Shown: piece after piece, positions 1-10,578 of the stretch
Numbering within the stretch: the stretch's first letter is position 1
Layout of the letters: each line of letters begins with the position of its first letter
Origin: Oopsacas minuta
Taxonomy: Eukaryota; Animalia; Porifera
Reading direction: 5' to 3'
NCBI GenBank assembly: GCA_024704765.1
Contig: JAKMXF010000130.1
Span: forward strand, 1-20,323
Length of the DNA: 20,323 nucleotides
Notes under the pieces: generated by a model
The model's database searches: none
Seen by the model: only the letters and a program-made list of their open reading frames with translations
Told to the model about the DNA's origin: nothing
Made by a program: the position numbers and the translations under genes

Positions 1-113
1 CGAGTGTACGTCTTATCCGAATATGTTTGCATTACAAATAATGATGACTGATATTTTGGGATATAAGAAATGGTACGTCTTAACCGAGTGTACGTCTTAT
101 CCGAGTTCTACTG
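1..113. mobile_element. Right end of a pogo/Tigger-like element or MITE, truncated by the window start
   Basis: The 20-mer CGAGTGTACGTCTTATCCGA occurs at 1-20 and 85-104, with a partial copy at 73-88. The run ends ...GAGTTCTACTG|TA, which in reverse complement is TA-CAGTAGAACTCGGATAAGACG. A CAGT terminus with TA target and repeated subterminal motifs is typical of pogo-like elements. The partner end is outside the window. Confidence 0.55.
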
Positions 114-548
114 TAGTTGATTCTTTATAATCATTCAGCAATATATGTGGGATTTATATTTGATTTCGAAACAGCAGTTGAAAATATTGAGAGAGGATAA
201 CGAGATGAACCTAAAATATTACAAACATATGCCAACTTGCAGCTCAATTAGTTGGTTCATTGTGAAGTGACATAAGTATGCTGAGGCACTATAACCAAGT
301 GCGGTTTAAGGTAGCGTGGCGCATGGCACAGTGTCAAAATCGGGTTCATTTCGATTGGGGGAAGTTATCAGTTTATAACAATACAAGGAATCAAATTTCA
401 TGATCATCTGTGATAGGTGTCATTTGCAGGCTGACCCATAACTTGCGTGACAGTGTCGCAGTTACGAACCACGTTAATATGGGAAGTTTGTAATGGATGC
501 AGCACCTATAAGGGGACCCATGAGCTTACTATGGGCCCCACTACCCAC

Positions 549-1706
549 AAACTGGAACTAAAACTGATTCCACAAGTCAAAACGGAACTATGACATAGCA
601 CAAGGGGATATATTGGGCGTAAATTTGGTTGTTGTACCTTTTCCCTGTAATCAGTTCTTATAATAGAAAAATAGCCCAAATGTTCCCTGTGAATATGCAC
701 AAATCCGTTAGTGATCCTATAAGTGATCAAATTGTAAATCAAGAAATCAGCAACTTACAATCGAGATAGATGTATACAGTGCATTATCAATGTATAGTAT
801 ATCAACCATAAGTAACCTAGTTAATAGATTATATCATCCATATAGCTTCAGATTTTAGCATTATGAGGCCATCTCCAGAATTCACACATGAATAGCTCTT
901 TCAATTTCCACATAGATTCGAGAGATACTCACAAAATGTTTATTAGTGAATAGCGTATTGAATTGCTCCCTGGTATTGTAGAGGCAGGGTTATGAGTAAC
1001 ATAGGGCACATGTTTTTGCGTACTCAGTATAGTTTCACAACACTTGCTCAGGGTGATTCAATAGGAAACACCACGGATGCCGTAAGGAACGGGAATTTAA
1101 ATCCTCATTCTCATCCGTTTCCCACGGCAACCTTGGTATACACTGAAAAAATGGAATATTATGAGTTTACAAATGTCAGCAAACATCGAAAATCCAAAAC
1201 AAAACATAAATGAAATACAAAGGTCCCAAAAGCACAGAAATATTATTAACAAATACTGGATAAGTGTTGTGAAATTTTAGTTAAACAATGTAATAAAAAA
1301 ACATGTACCCGATGTTACTCATAACACTGCTTCTACGATCCCAGGGAGTAATTCGGATCAATACACTATTCACTGATAAAACATTATATGAGTATATCTC
1401 TAGTCTACATATAGGTTGAACAGGATATTCAAGTATGATTCTGCAGATGACGTCGTAATTACGAACAGAGGAGCCACATTAAGTTGCTGATTTTCCTGAT
1501 TTTCAATTTGAGCTCTTATAGGGTCACAAACAGTGACAATATAAGGGCTCAATTGAAAATGAGTTCATATTATAAGATTTGTTTATCCTAAAATAAGGAC
1601 TGATTTCAAGGAAAAGGTACAACAACAAAAAATTAAGCCCCAGAAATATCTCGGACTGCCACGTCATTTTAAAGTTTGACTTGCGCTAACAATATAGTTA
1701 CAGTTT
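549..1706. repeat. Long imperfect inverted-repeat pair (arms ~549-757 and ~1480-1706)
   Basis: Colinear reverse-complement blocks: CAAGTCAAA 573-581 / 1675-1683; GTTGTTGTACCTTTTCC 628-644 / 1610-1626 (17/17); AAATCAGCAACTTA 744-757 / 1480-1493 (14/14). Partial matches lie between these blocks. Confidence 0.75.
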
Positions 1707-1749
1707 TCGCATATCAGATAAACAAAATTTCACCAACTGTATGAATTTC

Positions 1750-1823
1750 GACTCCCAACATATGACTTCCTATCCTATAGTAAATTGTATTATTATTGGA
1801 TAGGAAGTCATATGTTGGGAGTC
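1750..1823. repeat. Perfect 26-bp inverted repeat with 22-nt AT-rich spacer
   Basis: GACTCCCAACATATGACTTCCTATCC (1750-1775) is the exact reverse complement of GGATAGGAAGTCATATGTTGGGAGTC (1798-1823). Confidence 0.95.
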
Positions 1824-1990
1824 TATTTGTCATATTTTGCCTTACCTAAAATATTTGTAGAGTTTGAGTTATGTGGTTTTCAAATTGTGTTGATGGACTT
1901 GGACCCAAAGTTCCAGGACCCGAGCTGGCAGCCAACAGTCCTGTTGCTTGGGATTTTGACCGGAAAGTAGCGATTCCAAATCAAGTAATA

Positions 1991-3909
1991 CACAGGCCAA
2001 CAAAAAATATTTTGGTTCCGTTGCATAAGATTTAAGATTGAATTTATACTATATTTGCTGTGCTGAGTTCGAAAATGACATCGGCTTTGCTCGATTGGCT
2101 CTTGAATTTGGTCCACATTTATGTTTATATTGTTAGTTACCTTTTTCAAATGTATATTCAATTTAATCAATACTTTTATAATCATAGGTATCAAGTATAT
2201 TCTAACTCGATGGCATCGTAAAGAAGAAAATTTTCTAATGATCCTAATACGTTCTGTTACATATGTGGTGAATATACGTTAAAAGATCAGAAAAGAAGTA
2301 TCTCAGACTTCGTGCGAAAGGCATACTTTGCTTACTTTGAGGTGAAGCTTGGAGACCAAGACAGCTCTTCATTATCTGGTCAATTCAATCAGGAAGAGCT
2401 CAATAATCTAATCAGAACCTCAACCTGTCTAAAGAGTGTTCAGAAATTTGCATCTAGGCACAACGAAAAGAAGGATTATTTCATTACTTTAGCCAACAAG
2501 AAGGCCTCGTCTTCTGTAATGACATTGGAGGACTTCTCCTGGAAATTGGAGTACCACAATATAGACCAGAAGATTGGCGTCTATTCATTGATAGTTCCAA
2601 GAGAAGCTTGAAGTGCGTTTTATGCATAATGGAAATAAATATGCATCTATTCCAATTGGATATTCAATAAATCTTAAGGGGGAGTATGAAAATATTTAAA
2701 TGGTATTGCAAAAATTGAAATATCAAGAACACCAGTGGTTGATATGTGTTAATCTCAAGATGATAAACTTTCTACTTGGCCAACAAGGTGGATACACTAA
2801 GTACCCTTGTTTTATATGTTTATGGGACAGCAGAGCCTGCAAGATCATTGGGTAAGTAAAGTGCGGCCCTTGAGAACTGATCCAACAGTTGGAGAAGCAA
2901 AAATTCTGTATGAACCATTGGTTCCTAGAGAAAAAATCATTCTTCTACTCCTCCACATCAAGTTGGGTTCAATGAAGCAGTTAGTAAAATCACTAGTTAA
3001 AGATGACCCCTGTTTCAAGTACATTTGCAGACCATTCCCAACAATGAGCAATGAAAACTGAAAGCAGGGATGTTTGATGGTCCTCAGATCCGCAGTCTCA
3101 TAAGAAACACTGGTTTCATCCAATCCATGACTAATTTAGAATCTTCTGCAAGGTGTGCATTTGTTTTGGTAGTCAATAACTTCTTGGGTAATAATAAAGC
3201 TAACAACTACATAGATTTGGTCAATGACATGCTTTACAAATTAAAAGATTTAGATGCTAACATGAGCATCAAAGTTCACTATCTATTTAGCCACATGGAT
3301 CGTTTCCCTGAAAGTATTGGGATTTAAGTGAGGAACAGGGAAAGGTTTTATCAGGACAACAAGGTGATTGAAGAGAGATATAAGGCAGGTGAGAAACCCA
3401 CATGATGGAAGATTACTGTTGAAGCCTCCAGCGAGGCTGCCCTCTGATATCCTATAAGAGAAAATCACACAAGAGACAATTTTTAGATGTTCTTCAATAA
3501 ACATTTTAGTATTCTTTTTAATAATATCACTTTTAACCGATTAATTGTTTAGACAATGATCAATATATTCCATACGGAGTAGCTATAATGATAAAATTAT
3601 ACTTCCCAAATTTTCGGTTTTGCAGTTAATAGTTAGATTCAAAAACTACAAATTTCAATCATTCAAATTTACACTTGGAAACATAAAAAGTTGAATATCA
3701 CCACTGAAACATCATGCCACTATTAAAGTGAAGAAATTTATATGTAGTATATCTTCATTATTTTTATACTTACCAGGCCAAATTTAACCATAGGCATCGC
3801 AAAAACTAGAGCCAATTCGGATAAGCCGATGCCATTTCAGATTCCCCGACATAAATATACATAGAAACGAATCTAACATCTTAGGCAACAAATAGTTTGT
3901 TAACCAGTG
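1991..3909 (+). mobile_element. Chapaev3-type (CMC superfamily) DNA transposon, defective
   Basis: Left end CACAGGCCAACAAA (1991) and right end (rc) CACTGGTTAACAAA (3909). Patchy end-to-end similarity extends ~110 bp, including AAATGRCATCGGCTT..ATTGGCTCT. Flanking trinucleotides are ATA/TTA, close to the TWA target of Chapaev3. The ends enclose a Chapaev-type transposase remnant. Confidence 0.85.
2210..3500 (+). pseudogene. Chapaev3 transposase pseudogene
   Basis: Across frames it reads MAS*RRKFSNDPNTFCYICGEYT...AYFAYFEVKLGDQD, EDWRLFIDSSKRSLKC, ICVNLKMINFLLGQQGGYTKYPCFICLWDSRA, LHIKLGSMKQLVK, FDGPQIR, KVHYLFSHMDRFPE, SEEQG.RFYQD. There is a stop at codon 4 (2219-2221), several frameshifts and an apparent deletion after GDQD. 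Confidence 0.9.
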
Positions 3910-3995
3910 TTATTATTTACCGATATTTCCATACTCCTTAGCAATTGCCTAATAGGTGTGGTGTGGCAAACTACACCCCTACTATGACGGAACTA

Positions 3996-4900
3996 CAGGG
4001 TGTTAAACATTGATGTCGTAATATAGAATGGACAAAGAAAACATATTCTTGCAGTGTAGTAATGTGCCCCTCACTTTCCTACATAACCACATTGTTAGCA
4101 ATACATAATTCTATCCTATTTGGCATTGAAGCTATAAGATTGGCCAAAACATCCTCCGTTACCTGAAACCATCCCAGTTTGAGGTTATTTTTTAAATTTC
4201 TCCATTTGTTGCGTGGGGCATTGAATCCAGTTGACTTTGGAGTATTGCCTACAGATTTTCTATAGGATTCAAGTCCAGCGAATTCGCAGGCCATACTTCT
4301 TTAGGCAAAAAAATCTTAAGTCGTGGAATAAAGTACAATTCTGATAACGCAGAGCAGGACATCATACCCCACACATACACTTTCAGAGGGTATTTCATAG
4401 CCTCTACCAGAGGTATATTACCTCGTTTCCGAGCCCACACTCGGTTATTTTGCCGATTCGGAGTATGGTAAAGTTGAAATGGTGATTCATCTGAAAATAG
4501 TATTCGTCTCCATTCTTCCACACTCCAGTTCTCCCTCTCTTGGCAGAATTTTACACGGGCTTTTCTGAGAACCGGTTAACTTTGGCTGTGTTGTGTGTTT
4601 ATAAGGAGTAGCCTTCAAACTTTTCAAATAATTCAATACAGTACTTGAGAAAACTGCTACTATGCCTCTGCTTCTCAAATTCTTTGTCAATATCCTAGCT
4701 GATTTTTGAGGTTTGGAAAGCGATTTAGCAATTATGATTTTCGCTGCTTTGGATAGGGAATGTTTTCAACCACGTNCTTGTCAAAATACATATGGCTGAG
4801 TATGGTTTCGCAAGAATTCAACTATCTGGTCAGTGTATACAATTTGACATTTACTATACTGTATACATTCATTTTGAGCAATTCTTTTTGACCGGCACTG
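3996..4900 (-). mobile_element. Tc1-like (DDxE) element, internally deleted
   Basis: The 5' TIR on the minus strand is TA-CAGTGCCGGTCAAAAAGAAT (4900, TA at 4901-4902). A candidate other end, TA-CAGGGTGTT at 3996, matches only weakly (~17/35), so the left boundary is uncertain. Confidence 0.7.
4071..4770 (-). pseudogene. Tc1-like transposase remnant
   Basis: WRRILFSDESPFQL..NRQNNRVWA, VYVWGMM, WPANSLDLNPIENL, LIASMPNRIELCIANN(G)GYVGK* (stop 4071-4073 after a frameshift). The FQQD-containing segment is absent. The start coordinate is approximate, and there is an ambiguous base n at 4776. Confidence 0.88.
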
Positions 4901-7311
4901 TATTATAGCAGGGTATTCTAATACTTTGGCCAGTCAGTACAGTGTACATACTAAGTTAACGAATTTTATTTTAACATCTATATGCTTTCATGGTTTTTGG
5001 TTACTAACAGGCACTGATCATCCAAAAGGGAAGGTATGATGCAGCATGTCGGCCAAACTCTTCTAGGCTCTCTAGGGGACCCTAGTGGGGTCTCGATAAA
5101 TCGACTCATCGTTTATCATTACACAAATATCTATAATTTAGATCTATCTAAGTGTTACTCTTCATTTATTTCAATTTCTTGAACGATGTAATTGATAATG
5201 CATGTATTTTCTTGCTAGTTGACATTAGTAGAATTTACTATATCCGAATCACAGGGATCAATGGAACGCAGCGAAGGGTGCGAGCTGTTTTCACGCCAAA
5301 AAATCAGTTTCGGTTTAGACTCTTGAGTTAAGTGCATTGATACATTCAAAGTGTATCCAAGAGTGGAATATTAAAGTGGCATATCTTTACACCCAAGAAG
5401 GCACTGGTAAGTGGGATCCGTGTCAAAAATAATCTTGGGGATCAGTCATATACACTAGCGAAGCTAATTTTTATATGTGCAACTAATATGCTTATTGGCG
5501 TATAATGATAATAATAATTATCATTAGACGCTCAACAAACCGATAGAACAATTTTCGATCCAATTTGTTATTGATACAATTGCTTTAGCTTTTTCGTTTT
5601 CATGGCTATAGTTAAAATTCATATTTCATCTTGATTTTCAATGATCTATACTCACTCCTAATTTGGTATTACTTTCATCATGATATCATCCGAATTGTGG
5701 CGGGTTCAAAATCGCCTGCACTCCCTAAAAGTTATCCTCAAACACTACCGTATATACTTTTGACATTATATAATTGGACATATTCTATCCTCTCGTCTGA
5801 TCTCTGTGCTTGCGTCATATAATTTCTTCTCATCCTTGGCGGGAATTGAGGCCAAACCAGTTATTCCTCAGAAGGTCAATTGTGAGTAGATAGTGCAGAT
5901 TATTACTAATCATCCAATTTGTGAAATGTTGGTGTATTTTGAAATTAATATTGAATGTTTTATTAATGAGTATCATCAATTCACTAATGTCATCACAAGT
6001 ACTCCTTCTAACAGCTATTTGAGTTTAGTTCACTATTATTTTGATGGTCAGCCATGGAACAACAAGGACACAGTTCAGTATCCAGATGTTTGGTTAAATG
6101 TTTGATTACATCATCAGTTGGGTACTTGAACAAAGAGATGAGACTAAGGGTATTACCAACATAGAAAATACATATAGCGAATATTTTGTTAAAGTTGAAA
6201 GTTGAGTAAATGAACTACTCCCCCATCCTCAAGCTCGCACGTAAATGTGTAATGTAGAGACTCAGAGAAGTGTACCTGGATTGTTGGAGGTTAATTCTGA
6301 GTTTGAAATCGAAACTAACAAAATTAGTAAAGTAAGAAGGATCAATCTGGATATGGCTGAATGGGTGGCATCTTTATTACCAATTCAAATGGAATAGCAC
6401 TATCCAGTTGGACTAATATCTTTGCTGAGAAATTTCCTAACATAAATGCAATATGTGCATTGAAATTCAGATACAAAATCAGATATTAAAAATGAATTTA
6501 AATTCGAAGTTTATAGGGTTTATATAATCTAATTAAATTACGAATTAAGTAAGTTGAATATTCCTGTTTGTTGATACGTGTATTAGTTAATAATATCTCT
6601 CTTCCCTCTTAACATGCATAAGCTACATCATAGGAACATCTGAAGTCTAAATTTGAAATCTAGGATCCATATTAATTAGACATTTTGGGACATTTATGAA
6701 AAATATTAGGGGAAAATGATTGATAATTCTGAGGTTGTACAGAAGTAAAGAACAATCATTGATGATTAATGCGCCGATTGTGCAATGTAGAAATCGCTCC
6801 TAATCCATCGAAGGTCAGGAAACGCATCGGCTAACCTAGTCCAAAATCCATAAGATTACAAAAAATATTAAATCTCAATAAAATTACAAAAATATTCATC
6901 TCAAGCATGACATTAGAAAAAGCAAACTCTTATAGTCGGGAGCTGAGTAAGGCAGAATTATTTTCAATTCGAATTTATGAAAGACCAGTCGATTATCGTT
7001 GCATTTGTCATTTAAATTAACTATAAGGAATGAGGATTGTAATTCACGCTTACTTCGTGTTGATCTTGAGGTAGTGAGTTGGGCTCTGATCTGGGACCGC
7101 TGGACTGTGATTTGTTATTTCGTAGCGTTATTGACGGAGGATATGGCAATTTTAGAAAAATTAATGAAAAACAAGCGATTACTGTTGAATTTGTGCATTT
7201 ATAATCAATATAGGGAGTGAGGATTAACAATCTCGCATAATCCGTGTCAGTTTTGAGTAGGCATGTTCGGGATCTGTTATGCTACCCCAGGACAGTTTAC
7301 TGTTGAAAATC

Positions 7312-7414
7312 ATTCGGCCTTATACCAATTTCAATTTGGCATTGATCCAGTTTTTGAAAGTATTTGGCCATATTCCAATTCGACCTAATCCAATAACATA
7401 TTCGGCCGTATTCC
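7312..7414. repeat. Array of five degenerate 14-15 bp motifs (ATTYGGCCNWATWCC)
   Basis: ATTCGGCCTTATACC 7312, ATTTGGCATTGATCC 7334, ATTTGGCCATATTCC 7362, ATTCGACCTAATCC 7378, ATTCGGCCGTATTCC 7400. Confidence 0.6.
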
Positions 7415-9426
7415 AGGTTGAGAATTCTTCATTATTTAGTCAACCCATACAGTACTATTTGTAATTAGAAAATTCTGGTTGCAAGATAGTTGGGCTTACC
7501 CACACTTCCTTAATAAAATATGGAAATAAATTCCCTCGGAAAATTGTTTTCATATATCACATAAACTCACCTTTATATGACGAGACAAATCTCTTTAAAT
7601 GACGATCTGTATTAAGGATCTTCTCAGCAAAAATATCCAGCTTATTCAGAAACAGAATCTAGAAATTCAAGAAATTTGAAAGGTATAATTTGTAAGCTTG
7701 GTATTACACCGAATGTAAATGAGGTCATCGGAATGAGTCATCATGTCATACTTCGTACTAGCAAATCCGTTCAAGGTTGACAAAGGTTATGCATGATAGT
7801 TACTTACATAATATGGCCCTAAGTGAATATCCATAGCGGTAATGAGAGAAAAATATTACGGGCAATGGAAGGTTGGAAGTAGTTGTATACAATTAGGCAA
7901 TCAAATTAGTTGTACTTGGATGGATTAATGTATTAATGGTAAAATAACAAAATGCAAATCTAGATCTACAAAGTATCTGGAGATCGTGAGAAGAATCATA
8001 TTACAGAGTATGCTAACGAAAATGCTCAAGTTAGAAAATGTAGAATGACTAAAGAGTAATTGAATACAAGTTAGAATAAGAGTATTTCCATAAAAAAGAA
8101 TTATTTAGTCATAAAAAGCTTGCATTTTAGATTTCAATTATTCCATACTTTAGAATCTCAAAATCAATAAACTATTAAACTATGATAAAACCAAAATGTG
8201 AAAAGAAATCAGTATATTCGATTATTTAGTCCGGTTTCATTTAAGTATATTGAAGTTATTGATAAAAACGATAAATACACATTTATCCGAAATTTGGAAT
8301 TATGATTTTCATTTTCTAAAATACGATGACATCATTCCTTCTAACAACAGATAAACTGATAACAATTCAGGGTAGAAAATACATCTATACTATTGAAATG
8401 CAATTAATCTATAGATTAATATATTTTACCGTCCTTAGCCTGCCTGGTCGCTGAGCGACGGCAATAGGCTCAACACTTGGCCCCTTGGATTCAATTCAAC
8501 TAACTTTCTAGTGCTTTGGGTTGCTACTGAAATAAATATACTCGACTTTTCGTGCCTCGAATAAAGAAATACCAGATATTCATCAACTTACCATACGGTG
8601 CAGCCATCTAGTAGTTTCCATCATTATACCACTAAACTACACTCCAATAAATATAATCATTGAGGGGAGACGAAACAGGATTGCACTGAATATAAAAACC
8701 AATATGAATTGCCATAACCCATGTAATTCTTAGAGCAACATTTTGAAAATGGCAAAATAAAGGGTCAAAAATATTTTCTAGTGTTCAAAAGTGAGCAAAG
8801 TCAAAAGCAGATTACGTTTATTAGAATACGAAAAGAATGGGACCATTACTCTGTAAACACCGCCATCCTAGATACGCTACGTATCGTTTGAATGGCCCCA
8901 CACAAACATACATTCGCGAAAGATTTTCAAGATTATGTGAAGGGTTGTTCAATAGTTGCTAAATGCTAGAAAGAGAATGGGATAAGGGAACTAAGTGTGA
9001 CTGGCCCAATCTTGTATACGTATTAGAAATACTCACAATTGGAATGGTAAGGCAATTAGTTCTAAGGAATTTTGTATCATGTAATCACTAAAGACCCCTT
9101 AGGTACAGGAACGGGGAGGAAAGGGGGGCTTGAAACCCATGGCTAGGTTCAGAACGAATACAATATATGTGTCAGCAACTCTAGATCATTAAAAGTTGTT
9201 AGAAAAATCTCAGAGAATAATGAATATATTCCATTTGTTTCACAGTGGCTTTAAATAGCTATCCATAGGCTTTAGGGTCTTGTGTACATTTAAAGTGCAT
9301 AAAAATGATAAAATGTATTATGTATCTATGGGTATGCATATAACTATTTGGTTGATGGAAGAATCTTTTTGGTATGACCTCTAATATTGAGTTATGATGA
9401 CGTAATCACAATTTTCGAAACATATA

Positions 9427-10578
9427 TAGGGTTAGGCATAAATTCTGCAACAAAATATAAATTAAGCTGGAGGTTCTGCGAATGGTTTTAGGTGAATATT
9501 TATTTATCATATATTATCTTCACTATAATTTTATACAATATTTAGAATACTGAGTCCTACTAGAAAAATTTGTTGATTCATGGACAAAGAAGCAAAAGGT
9601 CATTGGCAATCTTGTATCATAATGAAGGTAAGTCAGCTCCCGTAATATCATAAGTGCTGTCCATAAACAGATGAATAGTCTACCGTACAATCGAACGTTA
9701 CAAGTAGACTGGGAGTACCCAAGACAGGTTCAGAATAGGTAGACCTCGTTCGTTCGTACTCCCGCTATTAGGAAGCTCGTCCGGTAGAGGGCCAGGAAGA
9801 ATCCTGTAAGAAGCATCCAAGGCATGGCAAAAGACTTCAATATTTCAACCAGAAGTATGGGGAGGGTAGTAAAAGAGGATTTAGGCTTAAAATGCTACAA
9901 ATTTCGAGAGGTACAGTTACTCTCTGAGGTGAATAAGAGGCGTAGGTATGAAAAATGTCTGATTCTGAGAAAAAGGTTTACTGGTGGCACGCACCAGAGT
10001 ATTGTTTTCTCCGATGGGAAGATTTATACCGTAGAAATGGTATATAATCGCCAAAACAGTTGAATTCTTACTCCAAATCAAAAACCTACATCGTCATCAA
10101 TACAAACAATCAAGAACTCAGAAACCTCCATTAGTCATGGTTTGGGGAGCCATTACCTCTGATGGTCGAACACCTCTAGTGTTCATTGACAAAGGGGTGA
10201 AAATTAACAAAGAGGTGTATGTAGAGAGCACTTTAGAGAACGCATTGAAGCCTTGGGCTGACGAGCACTTTAATGGCGCACATTGGTGTTCCAGCAAGAT
10301 TCCGTTCCCTCCCACAAAGCCAAAATGACATCTGAGTGGTTGAAACTCAATTTACCGGAATTTATATCAACTAAACAATGGCCGGCCTCTTCTCAAGATC
10401 AAAACCCTATAGATTTCTGTATATGGTCCATCTTAGAGTCCAGGGTATGTGCAAAGCCTCACTAGAATGTCGAAAGTCTGAAGTCTTCCTTGAGAAGTGA
10501 GTGGGATTTAATTAGTGAAGACGCGTTGCGCGCTGCTGCCGATAATTTCTACAAGTGATTGAGCCTATGCATCCAGTG
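9427..10578 (+). mobile_element. DD37D (maT) Tc1/mariner element, 3' end disrupted
   Basis: 5' TIR-like TA-TAGGGTTAGGCATAAATTCTGCAACA at 9427 shares its core with the other DD37D TIRs in the window. Transposase homology runs to ~10578. No convincing 3' TIR was found. Confidence 0.88.
9580..10578 (+). pseudogene. DD37D transposase pseudogene
   Basis: ATG at 9580 (MDKEAK), VYRTIERYK, GRPRS, IVFSDGKIYTVE, MVWGAITSDGRTPLVFI, VFQQD-37 aa-D (WPASSQDQNPID), LRAAADNFYK*LSLCI. Several stops and frameshifts are present. Confidence 0.92.

Noticed and set aside
5640-5890. Cys/His-spaced reading on the minus strand resembling a retroelement zinc knuckle
   Set aside because: It has multiple stops, the spacing does not fit CCHC, and there is no adjacent RT or endonuclease homology.
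6835-6849. 15-bp match CCTAGTCCAAAATCC shared with ~18441-18456
   Set aside because: The match does not extend, and a single such match is plausible by chance in 20 kb of AT-rich sequence.
8403-8420. Perfect 18-bp palindrome ATTAATCTATAGATTAAT
   Set aside because: It is short and almost entirely A/T, with no supporting context.
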